In this document: positions 27,494 to 39,840 of the stretch, in pieces
Layout: each line of letters begins with the position of its first letter
Position numbering within the stretch: the first letter of the stretch is position 1
Source of the DNA: Octopus vulgaris
Taxonomy: Eukaryota
Reading direction: 5' to 3'
Assembly: GCA_951406725.2 (NCBI GenBank)
Contig: OX597843.1
Span: 7,998,001 to 8,062,000 of the forward strand
DNA: 64,000 bases
Notes under the pieces: model-generated
Databases searched by the model: none
What the model saw: the letters and a program-made list of their open reading frames with translations, nothing else
What the model was told of the DNA's origin: nothing
Translations under genes and position numbers: made by a program

Positions 27494-27917
27494 TTTTTTT
27501 ATCTAGTTTCAGCTTACAAGCTGTGGCCATGCTGGGGCACCGCCATTTGGTGTTGCTACATGATTTTACTTCACGAATGCTTTTTGCAATTGCCATTTGG
27601 TGCATGAGAGAGTTCGATGCAGCTGCCCTCATCTGCACCTCCTGCTGTGAAGTTGGTTCATCTGGGACACCTGACAGGAAGAGATCCAGTTTTATTTTAA
27701 AGACATCTCCATCAACCCCACGCAATTCCCTCAGGTTCTTCGGGAGGATATTGAAGAGCTGTGGGCCTTGAAAGCCCAGGCTATCACAGTATCTTGTCCT
27801 ACATCTTGATGGCAAGTTTGGAGTCCTTGGCACTGTGCAGTGGGGCCCAGTTCTGGCATTTGTGTAACTCTCGATGCCAAAGTTTGGGACAAGTCCTTCT
27901 ATGATCTTCCAGATGTA
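27494..27917 (-). mobile_element. 5'-truncated CR1-like non-LTR retrotransposon (ORF2 C-terminus and 3' end)
   Basis: YIWKIIEGLVPNFG...GPQLFNILPKNLR...FKIKLDLFLSGVPDEP, which resembles C-terminal motifs of CR1-group ORF2; ends GGCGGTGCCCCAGCATGGCCACAGCTTGTAAGCTGAAACTAGATAAAAAAA. Clade assignment is from memory. Confidence 0.8.
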
Positions 27918-28213
27918 AGATATGAAAGGTTTATTCCACTTTGAACGCTTAAACCCAAATCAAACAATAATAAAGATCTACCAGGAGCAGCTTAAGTCAG
28001 CGCTAGAAGAAGAACGGCCATCTTTGGTCAGAACAGTACTGGACGAGTATTTTTCGTCACGGACAAATCTATCTTGGAAGTGGGACCTTGCAAGTCTACC
28101 AGATAGATGGAAGAGCATTATAGAAAATGAAGGATTGGATATTTTAGATTAAAAAAGAACTTTGTTTATCTTAATTTTGAAAAATAAAAGAAATAGAAAT
28201 ATCGAAATATATA

Positions 28214-28388
28214 TGCAGGAGTGGCTGTGTGGTAAGTAGCTTGCTAACCAACCACATGGTTCCGGGTTCAGTCCCACTGTGTGGAATCTTGGGCAAGTGT
28301 CTTCTGCTATAGCCCCGGGCCGACCAATGCCTTGTGAGTGGATTTGGTAGACGGAAACTGAAAGAAGCCTGTCGTATATATGTATATA

Positions 28389-28478
<90 letters not shown>

Positions 28479-28647
28479 CGCAGGAGTGGCTGTGTGGTAA
28501 GTAACTTGCTAACCAACCACATGGTTCCGGGTTCAGTCCCACTGCGTGACATCTTGGGCAAGTGTCTTCTGCTATAGCCCCGGGCCGACCAATGCCTTGT
28601 AAGTGGATTTGGTAGACGGAAACTGAAAGAAGCCTGTCGTATATATG

Positions 28648-28720
<73 letters not shown>

Positions 28721-28930
28721 TTGTGTGTTTGTGTTTGTCCCCCCTAGCATTGCTTGACAACCGATGCTGGTGTGTTTGTTTATGTCCCCGTCACTTGGCG
28801 GTTCGGCAAAAAGAGACCGATAGAATAAGTACTGGGCTTACAAAAGAATAAGTCCCGGGGTCGATTTGCTCGACTAAAGGCATTGCTCCATCATGGCCGC
28901 AGTCAAATGACTGAAACAAGTAAAAGAGAG
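28214..28930 (+). mobile_element. SINE A, two heads plus one tail
   Basis: Heads at 28214 and 28477 separated by (TA)n. Confidence 0.9.
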
Positions 28931-29049
28931 TAAAAACAGAGTATAAAACAAATTCTGACTTTCAGCACCAACTCGTAGAGTTTTCCTTTTATAAGTACGA
29001 AGTCCAGTTTATTCTCTGCGACTGAGGCGGCGCTGTTCTTGTTGTTTTC

Positions 29050-31190
29050 GGCATTGTTGTTGCTCGTAGTGGTGGCCATGTCAGTCTTTGTGATGGTGGT
29101 GGTGGTGGTCATCATCGTCGTCTCAGTCTTGGTGGCGGTGGTGACGGTGATACTGGTATTGTTCGTAGTCACGGTAGAGGTGTTGGTGAATGCAGTGGTC
29201 GTGGTGTTGGTAGTAGTGGTGTTGATAGTAGTGGTGTTGGTAGTAGTAGTGATGGCATTGGCGGAGTGGGGGGGTGATGTTCTCGTTGTTTTCGAAGTTG
29301 TTGTTCGTAGTGGTGGTCACGGTGGTGGTGATGGTCATCTCCGTCTGGGCGGTGGTGGTATTTGTGGTGGTGGTTGTGGTGATGGTGGTGGTGGTGGTGA
29401 TGGTGGTGGTAGTGGTGGTTGTGGTGGTGGTGGTGGTGGTGGTGATGGTGGTGGTAGAGGGGGATGATGGTGATGGCAGTGGTGGTGGTGGCGGTAGTGG
29501 TGGTGGTGGTGGTGGTGGTGGTGGTGGTGGTGGTGGTAGTGGTGGTGGTGGTGGTGGTGGTGGTGATGATGGTAGTGGTGGTGGTGGTGGTTGTGGTGGT
29601 GATGATGGTAGTGGTGGTGGTGGTGGTGATGATGGTAGTGGTGATGATGGTAGTGGTGGTGGTGGTGGTAGTGGTGGTTGTGGTGGTGGTGGTGGTGGCG
29701 GTGGTGGTTGTGTTAGTGGTGGTGGTGATGATGGTAGTGGTGGTGGTGGTGGTGGTGGTGGTGGTGGTGGTTGTGTTAGTGGTGGTTGTGGTGGTGGTGG
29801 TGGTTGTGGTGGTGGTGGTGGTTGTGGTGGTGGTGGTGGTGGTTGTGTCAGTGGTGGTAGTTCTTAGTCTTGTTGTTTGTGGCGTTGTGCATGGCGGTGG
29901 TGGTGGTGGTGATGACCACGATAGCGGCGATGGTTGTGGTCACCCGCGTAGAATTGTCGGCGGTGGCGCCGGCGGCGGCGGCGGTGATGATGGTGATAAT
30001 GCTGTTGTTGATGCTGGTGGTGGTGGTGTTGGCGGTATTACAAATGATGGTGGCGGTGGTAGTGGTGGTGTGAGGCTGGTGTCTATGGTGTCTATGAACG
30101 ATGTGCATTTAATAAACTGCACATAATTACTTTTACACCTCCTTTGATGTCCGCCATACATTCTGTAATGTTGTGTTGCCTCTGGTGGTGGGGTCGGCGG
30201 TGGAAACGGTCTTGGTGGTGGTGGTGGTAGTGGGTGGCGGTCGTGGTGGGGGTGGAGATGCTTGTGGTGCATGCGTTGATGGTGGTGGTGTAGGGGATGG
30301 TGGCGGCGGTGGTGTTGGCTGTGATGGTGGTGGTGGTGGTGGTGATGGTTGTGGTGGCGGTGGTGGTGGTGGTGATAATGGTGGTGGTGGTTGTGGTGGT
30401 GGTGGTGGTGGTGGTGGTGGTGGTGGTGATGATGATGATGGTGATGGTGGTGGTGGTGGTGGTGTTGGTGTTGGTGGTGGTGGTGATAGTTGTGGTGGTG
30501 GTTGTGTTAGTGGTGCTGTTGGTGGAGGTGGGGTTGGGGGTGGTGTTGGCGTTGGTGTTGGTGGTGGATGGAGGTGGTGGTTGTGGTGGTGGTGATGATG
30601 ATGGTGGTGATGGTGGTGGTAATGGTGGTGGTGGTGGTGGTGGTGGTGTTAATGGTGGTAATGGTTCTGGTCTTTGTTCACGTCATGCCTCTGCTTATGG
30701 TTTTGGTGGTAGCGGTCATGTGTGGCTTGTGATATTGTGTAAAGTATGGTTGACCTTGTAGTATGGTAGATGTATCGGTAGTGGTATGGGTCACAGTGCA
30801 ATGGTTATAGTAATTGTGCTAGTAGTGGTGGTAATGGTGGTGGTGGTTGTGGGGTGGTGGAAGTGCGATGGTAGCAGTGGTGTTAGTGGTGGCTGTGGAG
30901 TGGTATCAGTGGTAGTAATGGTAGTGATGCCACTGGTAGTGGCGGCAGTGGTCGTAGTGAGGTGGTAGCAGGGGTGTTAGTGGTAATTTTAGTAGTATTA
31001 GTGGTGGCAGTGAAGTGGTAGTAGTGGTGTTAGAGGTTGTGGTGCCACTGGTAGTGGTAGCAGAGGTGTAGTGGTGGTAGCAGACGTGTAGCGGTGTAGT
31101 TGTGGTAGCAAAGGTGTAGTGGTGGTAGTGGAGTGGTAGTAGGGGTGTTTGTGTTAATGGTTGTAGTGTTAGTGGTGGATGTGGTAGTAG
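29050..31190. repeat. (GGT)n-rich tract
   Basis: Direct reading. Confidence 0.95.
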
Positions 31191-31197
31191 CGAGGTC

Positions 31198-31490
31198 CCT
31201 CCTCCTTCTCAAGCCACGCCTGGCTCATAAGGGCCGGTTTCCCGGTTTCCTTGGCGTATAGGTTCCCCACCTGGACGGACGCCGGTCCGTCGCAGGTGAG
31301 CTGCAAGATGCAGGAGGAAAGAGTGAGAGAAAGTTGTGGCGAAAATGTCAGCAGATGTTCGCCATTACCTTCTGCCGGAGCCGCGTGGAGCTTAGATGTT
31401 TTTGGTCATAAATACACACATCGCCCAGTCTGAGATTCGAACCCGCGATCCCTCGACCGCAAGTCCGCTGCTCTAACCACTAGGCCATGT
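31198..31490 (-). mobile_element. SINE C-related element (tail type 2)
   Basis: Same type of tRNA head and AAGCTCCACG.GGCTCCGGCAG core; tail GGAAACCGGGAAACCGGCCCTTATGAGCC. Confidence 0.8.
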
Positions 31491-31501
31491 GGTAGCAGTG
31501 G

Positions 31502-31556
<55 letters not shown>

Positions 31557-31577
31557 TATACATATATATACATATAC

Positions 31578-31653
<76 letters not shown>

Positions 31654-32334
31654 CTCGTTGTTGTTTTGTTTTGTTTCATGTTTGTGTCAGCTAGAGTTGT
31701 TGATTGGTCTACGGTTAGCACCAACAAAAGCGTTCCTCTCGTGACAATCCAGACCATTATTTCTTTCCCCCCATAAATTTCATCATTTTATCTATCTAAA
31801 ACTTAATTACGCAAAAATATATCATATATTTTTATCCTTGTATTTTTGAAAAAGAAAATACAAAATAAAAAAACCAAAAAACTATTCGCCCAGAAGGCAT
31901 GACTTAATTTTGAAATTAGCCGTTATTTCTAACGCGCCAACCTCCACGTAAAATCCCCCCTCAAATCCTACCCTTTCCTCATTCCCACCGTATCTCTCTT
32001 TGCTGTCTCTCTACTTCCCTTCTACCCTACACCTAAGCGGTGCTTATATCTGATGCCACGCTCCGTTTCCCGTTTACAATACAAGTGAACATTGAGTTGC
32101 CTCGAGACGATGTCAGATAATAATCAAACGTTTTTAAAGCGGCGAAATTGTTGTGTCAATATGGCCGACCGAATGATTTTCGCTCGACGTTTTACTGTCG
32201 CTGGATTTTTAAGTGTATTTATTTGCGTGGCTTGCGTGCGTCCGTGTATGTGGCTGTGCATGTGCGTGCGTGCGTGTGTAATTGCTTGTATGCATTGCTG
32301 TGGATGAGGGCTAGTGGCTGTGAATATACATGTA

Positions 32335-32529
32335 CACATACATACATACATAAATAAATACATACATGCATACATGCATACATACGTACATACATACATA
32401 CATGCACAAATATATACATACATACATACATACATACACACATACATACATACATACATACACACATACATACATACATACATACACACATACATACATA
32501 CATACACACATACATACATACACACATAC

Positions 32530-32562
<33 letters not shown>

Positions 32563-32724
32563 TGCATACATACTTACATATATACATACATACACACACA
32601 CACATACATACATACATACACACATACATACATACATACACACATACATACATACATACATACTTACATACATATATACATACAAACATATATACATACA
32701 TACACACATACATACATACATACA

Positions 32725-32758
<34 letters not shown>

Positions 32759-32932
32759 CATACACACATACATACATACATACACACACACATACATACA
32801 TACATACACACATACATACATACATACATACATACTCACATATAGACATACATACATACATACATACATACATACATACATACATACATACATACATACA
32901 TACATACACACACACATACATACATACATACA

Positions 32933-32960
<28 letters not shown>
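32335..32960. repeat. (CATA)n microsatellite
   Basis: Direct reading. Confidence 0.95.
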
Positions 32961-32967
<7 letters not shown>

Positions 32968-33044
32968 GTATATATTTATATATATTTATAAAAAAAGAAT
33001 TTTGAAAATGCCACTATATAAGATAAATTTAAATTTTCTTAGAG

Positions 33045-33092
33045 ATTTTACATGTTTCGGTTCTTCTTGAAAAAACGAACCTTATCAAAAAC
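33045..33092 (-). ncRNA. Hammerhead with U3-A8 core variant (family H4, left arm)
   Basis: GUUU-UUGAUAA-GGUUC...GAACC-GAAA-CAUG-UA-AAAU; stem III is the palindrome ACAUGU. Confidence 0.7.
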
Positions 33093-33153
33093 ATTTTCAA
33101 AAGTTAAGTGTAATAAAAAAGTTCATAATTGTTTTAAAATAACTTTTTAAAAT

Positions 33154-33202
33154 ATTTTTGATAAGGTTCGTTTTTTTCAAGAAGAACCGAAACATGTAAA
33201 AT
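33154..33202 (+). ncRNA. Hammerhead with U3-A8 core variant (family H4, right arm)
   Basis: ATTT-TTGATAA-GGTTC...GAACC-GAAA-CATG-TA-AAAT. Confidence 0.75.
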
Positions 33203-33303
33203 CTCTAAGAAAATTAAAATTTATCTTATATAGTGGCGTTTTCAAACTTCTTTTTTTATAAATATATACCCACTCGTATACGATCTACACTCTTTTCTGT
33301 GTA

Positions 33304-33341
33304 TCTTTCTGTTGAAGAGCGTAGGCTCGAAACGTAAAAGA
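33304..33341 (+). ncRNA. Minimal hammerhead-like motif (family H5; A6 replaced by U)
   Basis: TCTTT-CTGTTGA-A-GAGC GTAG GCTC-GAAA-CG-TA-AAAGA; stems I and II perfect; core deviates at position 6. Confidence 0.55.
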
Positions 33342-33437
33342 CTTGTTTTATTTATATTCCTGAGCGCCATACTAATACAATTGTTTGTTTGTATTCCACC
33401 TGCCTTCGTCTTGAGTTTATTTTCATAAAGCTTCCCG

Positions 33438-33484
<47 letters not shown>

Positions 33485-33485
<1 letters not shown>

Positions 33486-33720
33486 TTTATTTAAAAACAG
33501 CAGAAATTTAACAAAAGCTGTTACTCGGAGTTTCACGTTCCCGGCGTCGGACATACCAGAGGTAGTGTCGGACAGTTTTAATAAAACTGTCCGACGAACG
33601 GGGACGTAAAACTCCGAGTAACAGCTTTTGTTAAATTTCTGCTGCTTTAAATAAAGCATATTACTCTACCTCTGGTATTTGAGTACTCTTTTTTTCCACC
33701 TTGTTTCACATTTATGTATT
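33485..33720. mobile_element. Inverted-repeat element with C4-variant hammerheads (family H6)
   Basis: Arms ~33485-33553 and ~33587-33657. Consensus across copies is CTGT-CCGACGA-ACG GGAA CGT-GAAA-CTCYGAG-TA-ACAG; each copy has a core lesion. Central palindrome GTCGGACAGTTTTA-A-TAAAACTGTCCGAC at 33567-33595. Confidence 0.65.
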
Positions 33721-33726
33721 TACTCC

Positions 33727-33796
<70 letters not shown>

Positions 33797-34115
33797 AACA
33801 CTCATAGACACACAACACACAAACATAGAAATATATGAGCATGCATATGCATATATATGTACGTTTTGTATGTGTGTGTGTATATATATATCGTTACACG
33901 TGTGTACATGTGTATGTAAACGCATATGTAGAAATGCGTGTGGGTATACATACATACACATGAATACATATACGTACGTAACTATGCGAAATTATATATG
34001 AGTAAGTGTGTGTGTGTACATATGAGTATATCTATCTATCTATCTATATACATATATATATGTGTGTGCGTGCGTGTGTGTGTGTACATGTGAGTATATC
34101 TATCTAACTATATAC

Positions 34116-34149
<34 letters not shown>

Positions 34150-34218
34150 ATGTGTGTATATATATATATGAGACAAAGAGCTGACAAGAAAAACAACGGT
34201 TATGTAATAACTTTCATT

Positions 34219-34299
34219 AGCTCACAGTTGTTTCTGCTATTAGATGCTGCGTACTCATAGTCAAGGACTTGGGTGTAATCCTATAGCTTCATCGGAGCT
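34219..34299 (-). ncRNA. Degenerate hammerhead (family H7)
   Basis: AGCU-CCGAUGA-A GCUAU...AUAGC A-GAAA-CAACUG-UG-AGCU; G at position 17 should block cleavage. Confidence 0.5.
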
Positions 34300-34457
34300 G
34301 TAACTTAATGATGTTCATAGCCTAACCATTGTTTTTCCCTTGTCATCTCTTTTTTCTTATCAACACTTTAAACTCATCTAACAGTGTTCTGAAAAATACG
34401 TATTCTAAGTTCTACACCAGCTTATTAGTATCAAATTGCCTAAGCGAAATAAATCAA

Positions 34458-34855
34458 TCTTTATATATAAAAGTAAGGTTGTGTGTCTGTCTCCTACGAT
34501 TTAGATTCCTAACTACTCCCACATTTTGCGGTGCAGTTTAACCAAAACCGGGTATCTTATAGTCGTGATTCATATCGAGCCCTTCTGGGTATTAGCGCGC
34601 GTCTACGATGAGTCTACGATTTAAAAAAAAAATTACCATCATTTTTTTCCATTTTAATGCATTTTTTCGCTATTATATAAGGGAAGCAACTCTCTAAAAA
34701 TGTCTACGATGAGTCAAGGATTTTTAAAAAAATTTACCATCATTTTTTTTCCATTTGTAATGAATTTTTTGGCTATTTTTTGGCTATAATTCTCTAAAAA
34801 TGCTTATATAGTTATTTCCCTTACAAACCCGAGCAACGCCGGGCGATACTGCTAG
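34458..34855 (+). mobile_element. Non-autonomous Helitron
   Basis: 5' A|TCTTTATATATAAAAG; 3' hairpin CCCGAGCAACGCCGGG (34828-34843) then CTAG|T; no TSD; internal ~100-bp tandem duplication (34601-34800). Confidence 0.85.
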
Positions 34856-34885
34856 TGATAAATACATAAATACACACACACACAC

Positions 34886-34931
<46 letters not shown>

Positions 34932-35330
34932 CAAGAGAAAAAATTCAGGCAGCTATCTATAAAGCATTCAGTTTTTAAAGAATTTGCTTAACTATATCGG
35001 CGTAGGAGTGGCTGTGTGGTAAGTAGCTTGCTTACCAAACACATGGCACAGAATGTTTTCACCTCAATAGACGGTCATTGATTGGTTGAAATTGCCGAAA
35101 TGCAAGAAATTAAAAACCAAATATCTTACAAACTATAGAATTTTCTCAATAAAGCCAAAAGAAAAAGTTGTTTTATAAACTCATTCTACCAGTATGCGAA
35201 GTTTAAAGTGTTTAGTTACCTAGAAATTATGTTAAAAACTGCCGGTCAAACCGAAAAGATCCGGAATATTGTTAGCTACTGAATATGTGAATGGTGCATT
35301 ATACCAAATAATATTTTTTGATATATTCTA

Positions 35331-35492
35331 GGCGCAGGAGTGACTGTGTGGTAAGTAGCTTGTTTACGAACCACATGGTTCCGGGTTCAGTCCCACTGCG
35401 TGGCACCTTGAGCAAGTGTCTTCTGCTATAGCTTCGGGCCGACCAAATCCTTGTGAGTGAATTTGGTAGACGGAAACTGAAAGAAGCCCGTC

Positions 35493-35555
<63 letters not shown>

Positions 35556-35714
35556 GGAGTGGCTGTGTGGTAAGTAGCTTGCTTACTAACCACATGGTTC
35601 CGGGTTCAGTCCCACAGCGTGACACCTTGGGCAACTGTCTTCTACTATAGCCTCGGGCCGACCAAAGCCTTGTGGGTGGATTTCGTAGACGGAAACTGAA
35701 AGAATCCCGTCGTA

Positions 35715-35765
<51 letters not shown>

Positions 35766-35994
35766 GTATGTATGCGTGTGTGTGTTTGTGTGTCTGTGTT
35801 TGTCCCCTTAGCATTGCTTGACAATCGATGCTGGTGTGTTTATGTCCCCGTTACTTAGCGGTTCGGCAAAAGAGACCGATAGAATAAGTACTGGGCTTAC
35901 AAAAGAATAAGTCCCGGGGTCGAGTTGCTCGACTAAAAGGCGGTGCTCCAGCATGGCCGTAGTCAAATGACTGAAACAAGTAAAAGAGTAAAGA
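35331..35994 (+). mobile_element. SINE A, two heads plus one tail
   Basis: Heads at 35331 and ~35553 separated by (TA)n. Confidence 0.9.
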
Positions 35995-36349
35995 GGCAAA
36001 GAGTATTATTTATATATATATACTCTTTTCTTAGTATTAGCATCATTGATATTAGATTCTTTTCGTACTGTAATTTTGATTAATTTTTCTAAAAAAAGAC
36101 ATGTCTGGGATTTGTTTTGAGGGAGACTTAACAACTATTTCTAGCAAGACGGGTGTGACCGCCAAAATGGCTGACCTGTCTGTTGTTAAATATTGTTCAA
36201 CACATTAGTTGGGACACTTCGAGGCAGTAAGGGGACGAAGTAGGGGGGGGGAGTAGGAGGTGGGCGAGATCGATCGAAAAAATCAGAAGCGATGGGATAA
36301 AAGGCTGGTTTTGAGTAATTTTTTTGGGGGGGGGGACATTTCGTGAGCG

Positions 36350-37010
36350 AAAGAGGAGGAGGGGGAGGAGGAGGGGAGGAGAGAAGGAGGATGCGGAAGC
36401 GGAGGAGGAAATGAGAATGGGAAGGACAATGTAGAAGAAAAAGAAAAAGAAAAAAAAAAGCAGCAACAAAGATGAAGAAAAATGAAGGGGAAGAAAGAGA
36501 ATTGAGATAAAGGAAAGGAATGAAATTGAGAAGAATATTAAAGAATGGCAACAAGAAGAAGAATTGGATGAGGGTGAGGAGGAGGAGGAGGAGATAGGCG
36601 AAGTAGACCCAGGAGGAGGAGGAGGAGGAAAGAAGAATAAGTGAAAGAAAAATTGGAGGAATTTGGAGAAGAGTTGGAAGAAGAAGAAAAATAAAAGAGG
36701 AAGAAGAGGAGGAGAAGGGTTAGAAGAAAGAGAATAAAAAGAAAGGGAAGAAGAAGAAAGAGAAGGAGAAAGTTAGAAGAAAGAAGAAGAAGAAGAAGAA
36801 GAAGAAGAAGAAGAAGGAGAAAAAGAAGCAGAAGGGTTAGAAGAAAGAGAATAAAAAGAAAGAGAAGAAGAAGAAGAAGAAGAAGAAGAAGAAGAATGAG
36901 AAGAAGAAATGGAGAAAGAAAGAGGAGGAGGAGAAGAAGAAGAAGAAGAAGAAGAAGAAGAAGAAGAAGAAGAAAAAGAAGGGTTAGAAGAAAGAGAAGA
37001 AGAAGAAGAA

Positions 37011-37042
<32 letters not shown>

Positions 37043-38330
37043 AGAAAAAGAAGGGTTAGAAGAAAGAGAAGAACAAGAAGAAGAACAAGAAGAACAAGAA
37101 CAAGAACAAGAAGATTTGGAAGAAGAAGAAAGGGAAGAAGATTTGGAAGAAGAATGAAAGGAAGGAGAATAGGGTGGCATAAAAGAGGTAGGATAGGGTG
37201 GTATGGAAAAAATGAAATAATGGGTCGATAGATAGAAATGGCTGAAACAAGAAGAGTCGGGTGGAGTTAGGATGGCGTTGGTAATGCCGGACGTTTCGGA
37301 AGAGGGAACAAGTTTTGGAAAGAAGCAGGCGGAAATGGAGCGATGACAGGGACGGTGGGGGAGGTGGGGGTGATGGAGGTGGTGGAGGAGGGGGTTGTGA
37401 AGTTGGTGTTAGTGTTGGTGGTGGCCATGATCGTAATGACGTTGATGGTAATGATGGCGCCGGAGGCGGTTGTGGTGGTGGTGGTCGTCGTCGTCGTGGT
37501 TGCAGTGGTGATGTTGCTTGTGGTGGTGGTGGGGTATTGGTGGTGGGGGTGGGGGTATTGGTGGTGTTGGTGGTGGTGTTGGTGGTGTTGGTGGTGGTGG
37601 TGGTGGTGCTGGTAGTTTTGGTTATGTTTGTGGCGGTGATTCGGATGATGGTGGCAGCGCAGTCGGTGGTGATGTTGATGATGATGATGATGATGAGGGA
37701 GAGTCGGTGGTGGTGGTGGTCGGGTGAGGATTGTGGTGATGGATGGAGATGGCGGAGATGGTGGTGTAGGTGACGATTGTAATGATGACGGTGGGGGTGA
37801 TGATGATGATTATGATGATGATAGCGATGGTGATCATGATGGTGGTGTTGATGAGGATGATATTAGTGACATCGGTAATGATGCTGATGGTGTGTGGTGC
37901 CGGTGGTGGCGACGTTTGTAATGATGATCAGGATGGTGGCGGTGGTGGTGGTGGTGGTGGTGGTAGTGGTGGTGGTGGTGGTGGTAGTGGTGGTGGCGGA
38001 GGTGCTGGCGGCGGTGGTAGTGGTGGTGATGATGGTGGTGGTCGTGGTGGCAGTGGTCGTGGTGGTGACGATGGTGGTGGTGGTGGTGGTGATGGTAGTG
38101 GTGGTGGAGGTGGCGGTGGCGGTAGCGGAGGTGATGTTGGTGGTGGTGGTGGTAGTAGTGATGGTGAATGAGAATGGTGGTGAGCGTGTGGGTGATGGTA
38201 GTAGTATTAATAATGACGACAACAGCGGCGGCGGCGGCTGTGGTGGTGGTGGTGGTAGTGGTGGTGGATACGGTGCCGCTTCTCTTTATGATGGTAGTGA
38301 TGATGGTAACAGTGGTCGTGGTCGTCTTGG
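36350..38330. repeat. (GAA/GGA)n purine tract followed by a (GGT/GAT)n tract
   Basis: Direct reading; spacer GAAGGGTTAGAAGAAAGAGAA recurs four times. Confidence 0.9.
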
Positions 38331-38977
38331 AGCTCGTCATCGCCGTCGGCTCCAACATGGCGACGTTAATTAACGTAGGACAAAATGGCGGATACTGGCA
38401 GTTGTTGCTCTGCTTCTTGTTGTTGTTGTCACTTAGCCCCAGGTATTTCCAATCCTGTTCCAACGATGCTATGGCCAAAAAGCATTGCAGCCGCGACCAT
38501 CCTGCCTTCCACCGCCTCTCCATGTCGTTGTTATTGTTATTGCTGCTGCTACTGCTGTTGTTGTTATTGTTGTTGTTTCTGTTCTTGTTATTATTGATTT
38601 TGTTGTTGTTGTTGCTATCGCTGTTTAACCCCACAACATACTGCCCCAACCAAGTAAATCTACCGTCAATGGCGTTCCTACTGTGACCATCCCATCCACC
38701 AACTTATCACTCTACGAACAAAGAAACCACAGCATCACCAGAATATGTAGGCGTAGGCGTGGCCGTGTTGTAAGAAGCTTGCTTCCCAACCACATGGTTC
38801 TGGGTTCCATCCGACTGCGTGGTACCTTAGGCAAGTTCTTCTGGTACACCCTCATGCCGACCAAAGCCTTGTGAGTGATAGTAATAGATATAATGCTGCT
38901 TTTGTGGTGCCTAATATTGACAGCCGTACTTCAGTGGGTGTGTGTGTGTGTGTATATATATATATACATATATATAT

Positions 38978-39469
38978 AATTTATCGAACCCGAAAGGATG
39001 AAAGGCAAAGTCGACCTCGGCGGAATTTGAACTCAGTACGTAACGGCTGACGAAATACCTATTTCTTTACTATCCACAAGGGGCTAAACACAGAGGGGAC
39101 AAACAAGTACAGACAAAGGGATTAAGTCGATTATATCGACCCCAGTGCGTAACTGGTACTTATTTAATCGACCTCGAAAGGATGAAAGGCAAAGTCGACC
39201 TCGGCGGAATTTGAACTCAGAACGTAACGGCAGACGAAATACCTATTTCTTTACTACCCACAAGGGGCTAAACACAGAGGGGACAAACAAGCACGGACAA
39301 AGGGATTAAGTCGATTACATCAACCCCAGTGCGTAACTGGTATTTAATTTATCGACCCCGAAAGGATGAAAGGCAAAGTCGATCTTGGCGGAATTTGAAC
39401 TCAGAACGTAACGACAGGCAAAATACGGCTACGCATTTAGCCCCGCGTGCTAACGTTTCTGCCAGCTCG
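38978..39469 (-). mobile_element. SINE B, head plus ~2.5 tandem bodies
   Basis: Junctions at ~39060 and ~39244. Confidence 0.9.
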
Positions 39470-39764
39470 CACGATTACCACTACCCCCCACCACCACCAC
39501 CGCTATTAGCACCACTACCACCGTAACCAACAACAACAAAAGAGTTTACCAGCATTACTGTCACCATTACCATCACTGCAACCAACACCACCACTTCGAA
39601 AGCCCACCATTATCAACACCACCGCCACTATAACCTGTACGAGCATCTCATACGCCACCACCACCACCACCGCCAACACCACTACTACTACCACTCGCAC
39701 CACCCATTTCTATCTGATCTCAAATTTCTAACTCCACCCGTATGAAACGTAAATGTACACGATA

Positions 39765-39840
39765 TCGTAATTGACTCAGACATTTAATCCGGCAGTCACG
39801 TGACCGTTTGCAAACACAACGGCCGCCATTTTTCGAAGAC
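39765..39840. promoter_or_regulatory. Motif cluster: TGACTCA, GTCACGTGAC, GGCCGCCATTTT
   Basis: AP-1-like 39772-39778, USF/TFE-type E-box 39795-39804, YY1 consensus 39821-39832. Confidence 0.45.

Larger units (their letters stand above)
25164..28152 (+). pseudogene. Fragmented mariner transposon interrupted by pLTR-like repeats, a SINE fragment and a LINE
   Basis: ATG at 25347: MEVTKEHIRYILFYE..KGNNAKESVRNINAVYG..SLEDEPRPGR; WVPH and TGDKKW (27260-27485); C-terminus LPDRWKSIIENEG..* (27922-28152). Second-Asp/YSPDL region deleted. 5' TIR-like TTGGGTCATGCCATAA at 25164. Confidence 0.9.
32979..33268. mobile_element. Inverted pair of ~130-bp hammerhead-bearing repeats (pLTR-like)
   Basis: Arms ~32979-33106 and ~33140-33268 are near-perfect reverse complements, flanked by TA-rich tracts. 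Confidence 0.75.

Noticed and set aside
27486-27833. 115-aa ORF as a host gene
   Set aside because: It is the C-terminus of a 5'-truncated LINE ORF2 nested in a mariner.
35046-35262. Possible DNA-transposon end (...GGTCAAACCGAAAAGATCC)
   Set aside because: No second terminus, TSD or second copy in the window.
36773-37231. Poly-Glu, poly-Arg (protamine-like) and poly-Ser ORFs
   Set aside because: A (GAA)n tract read in different frames.
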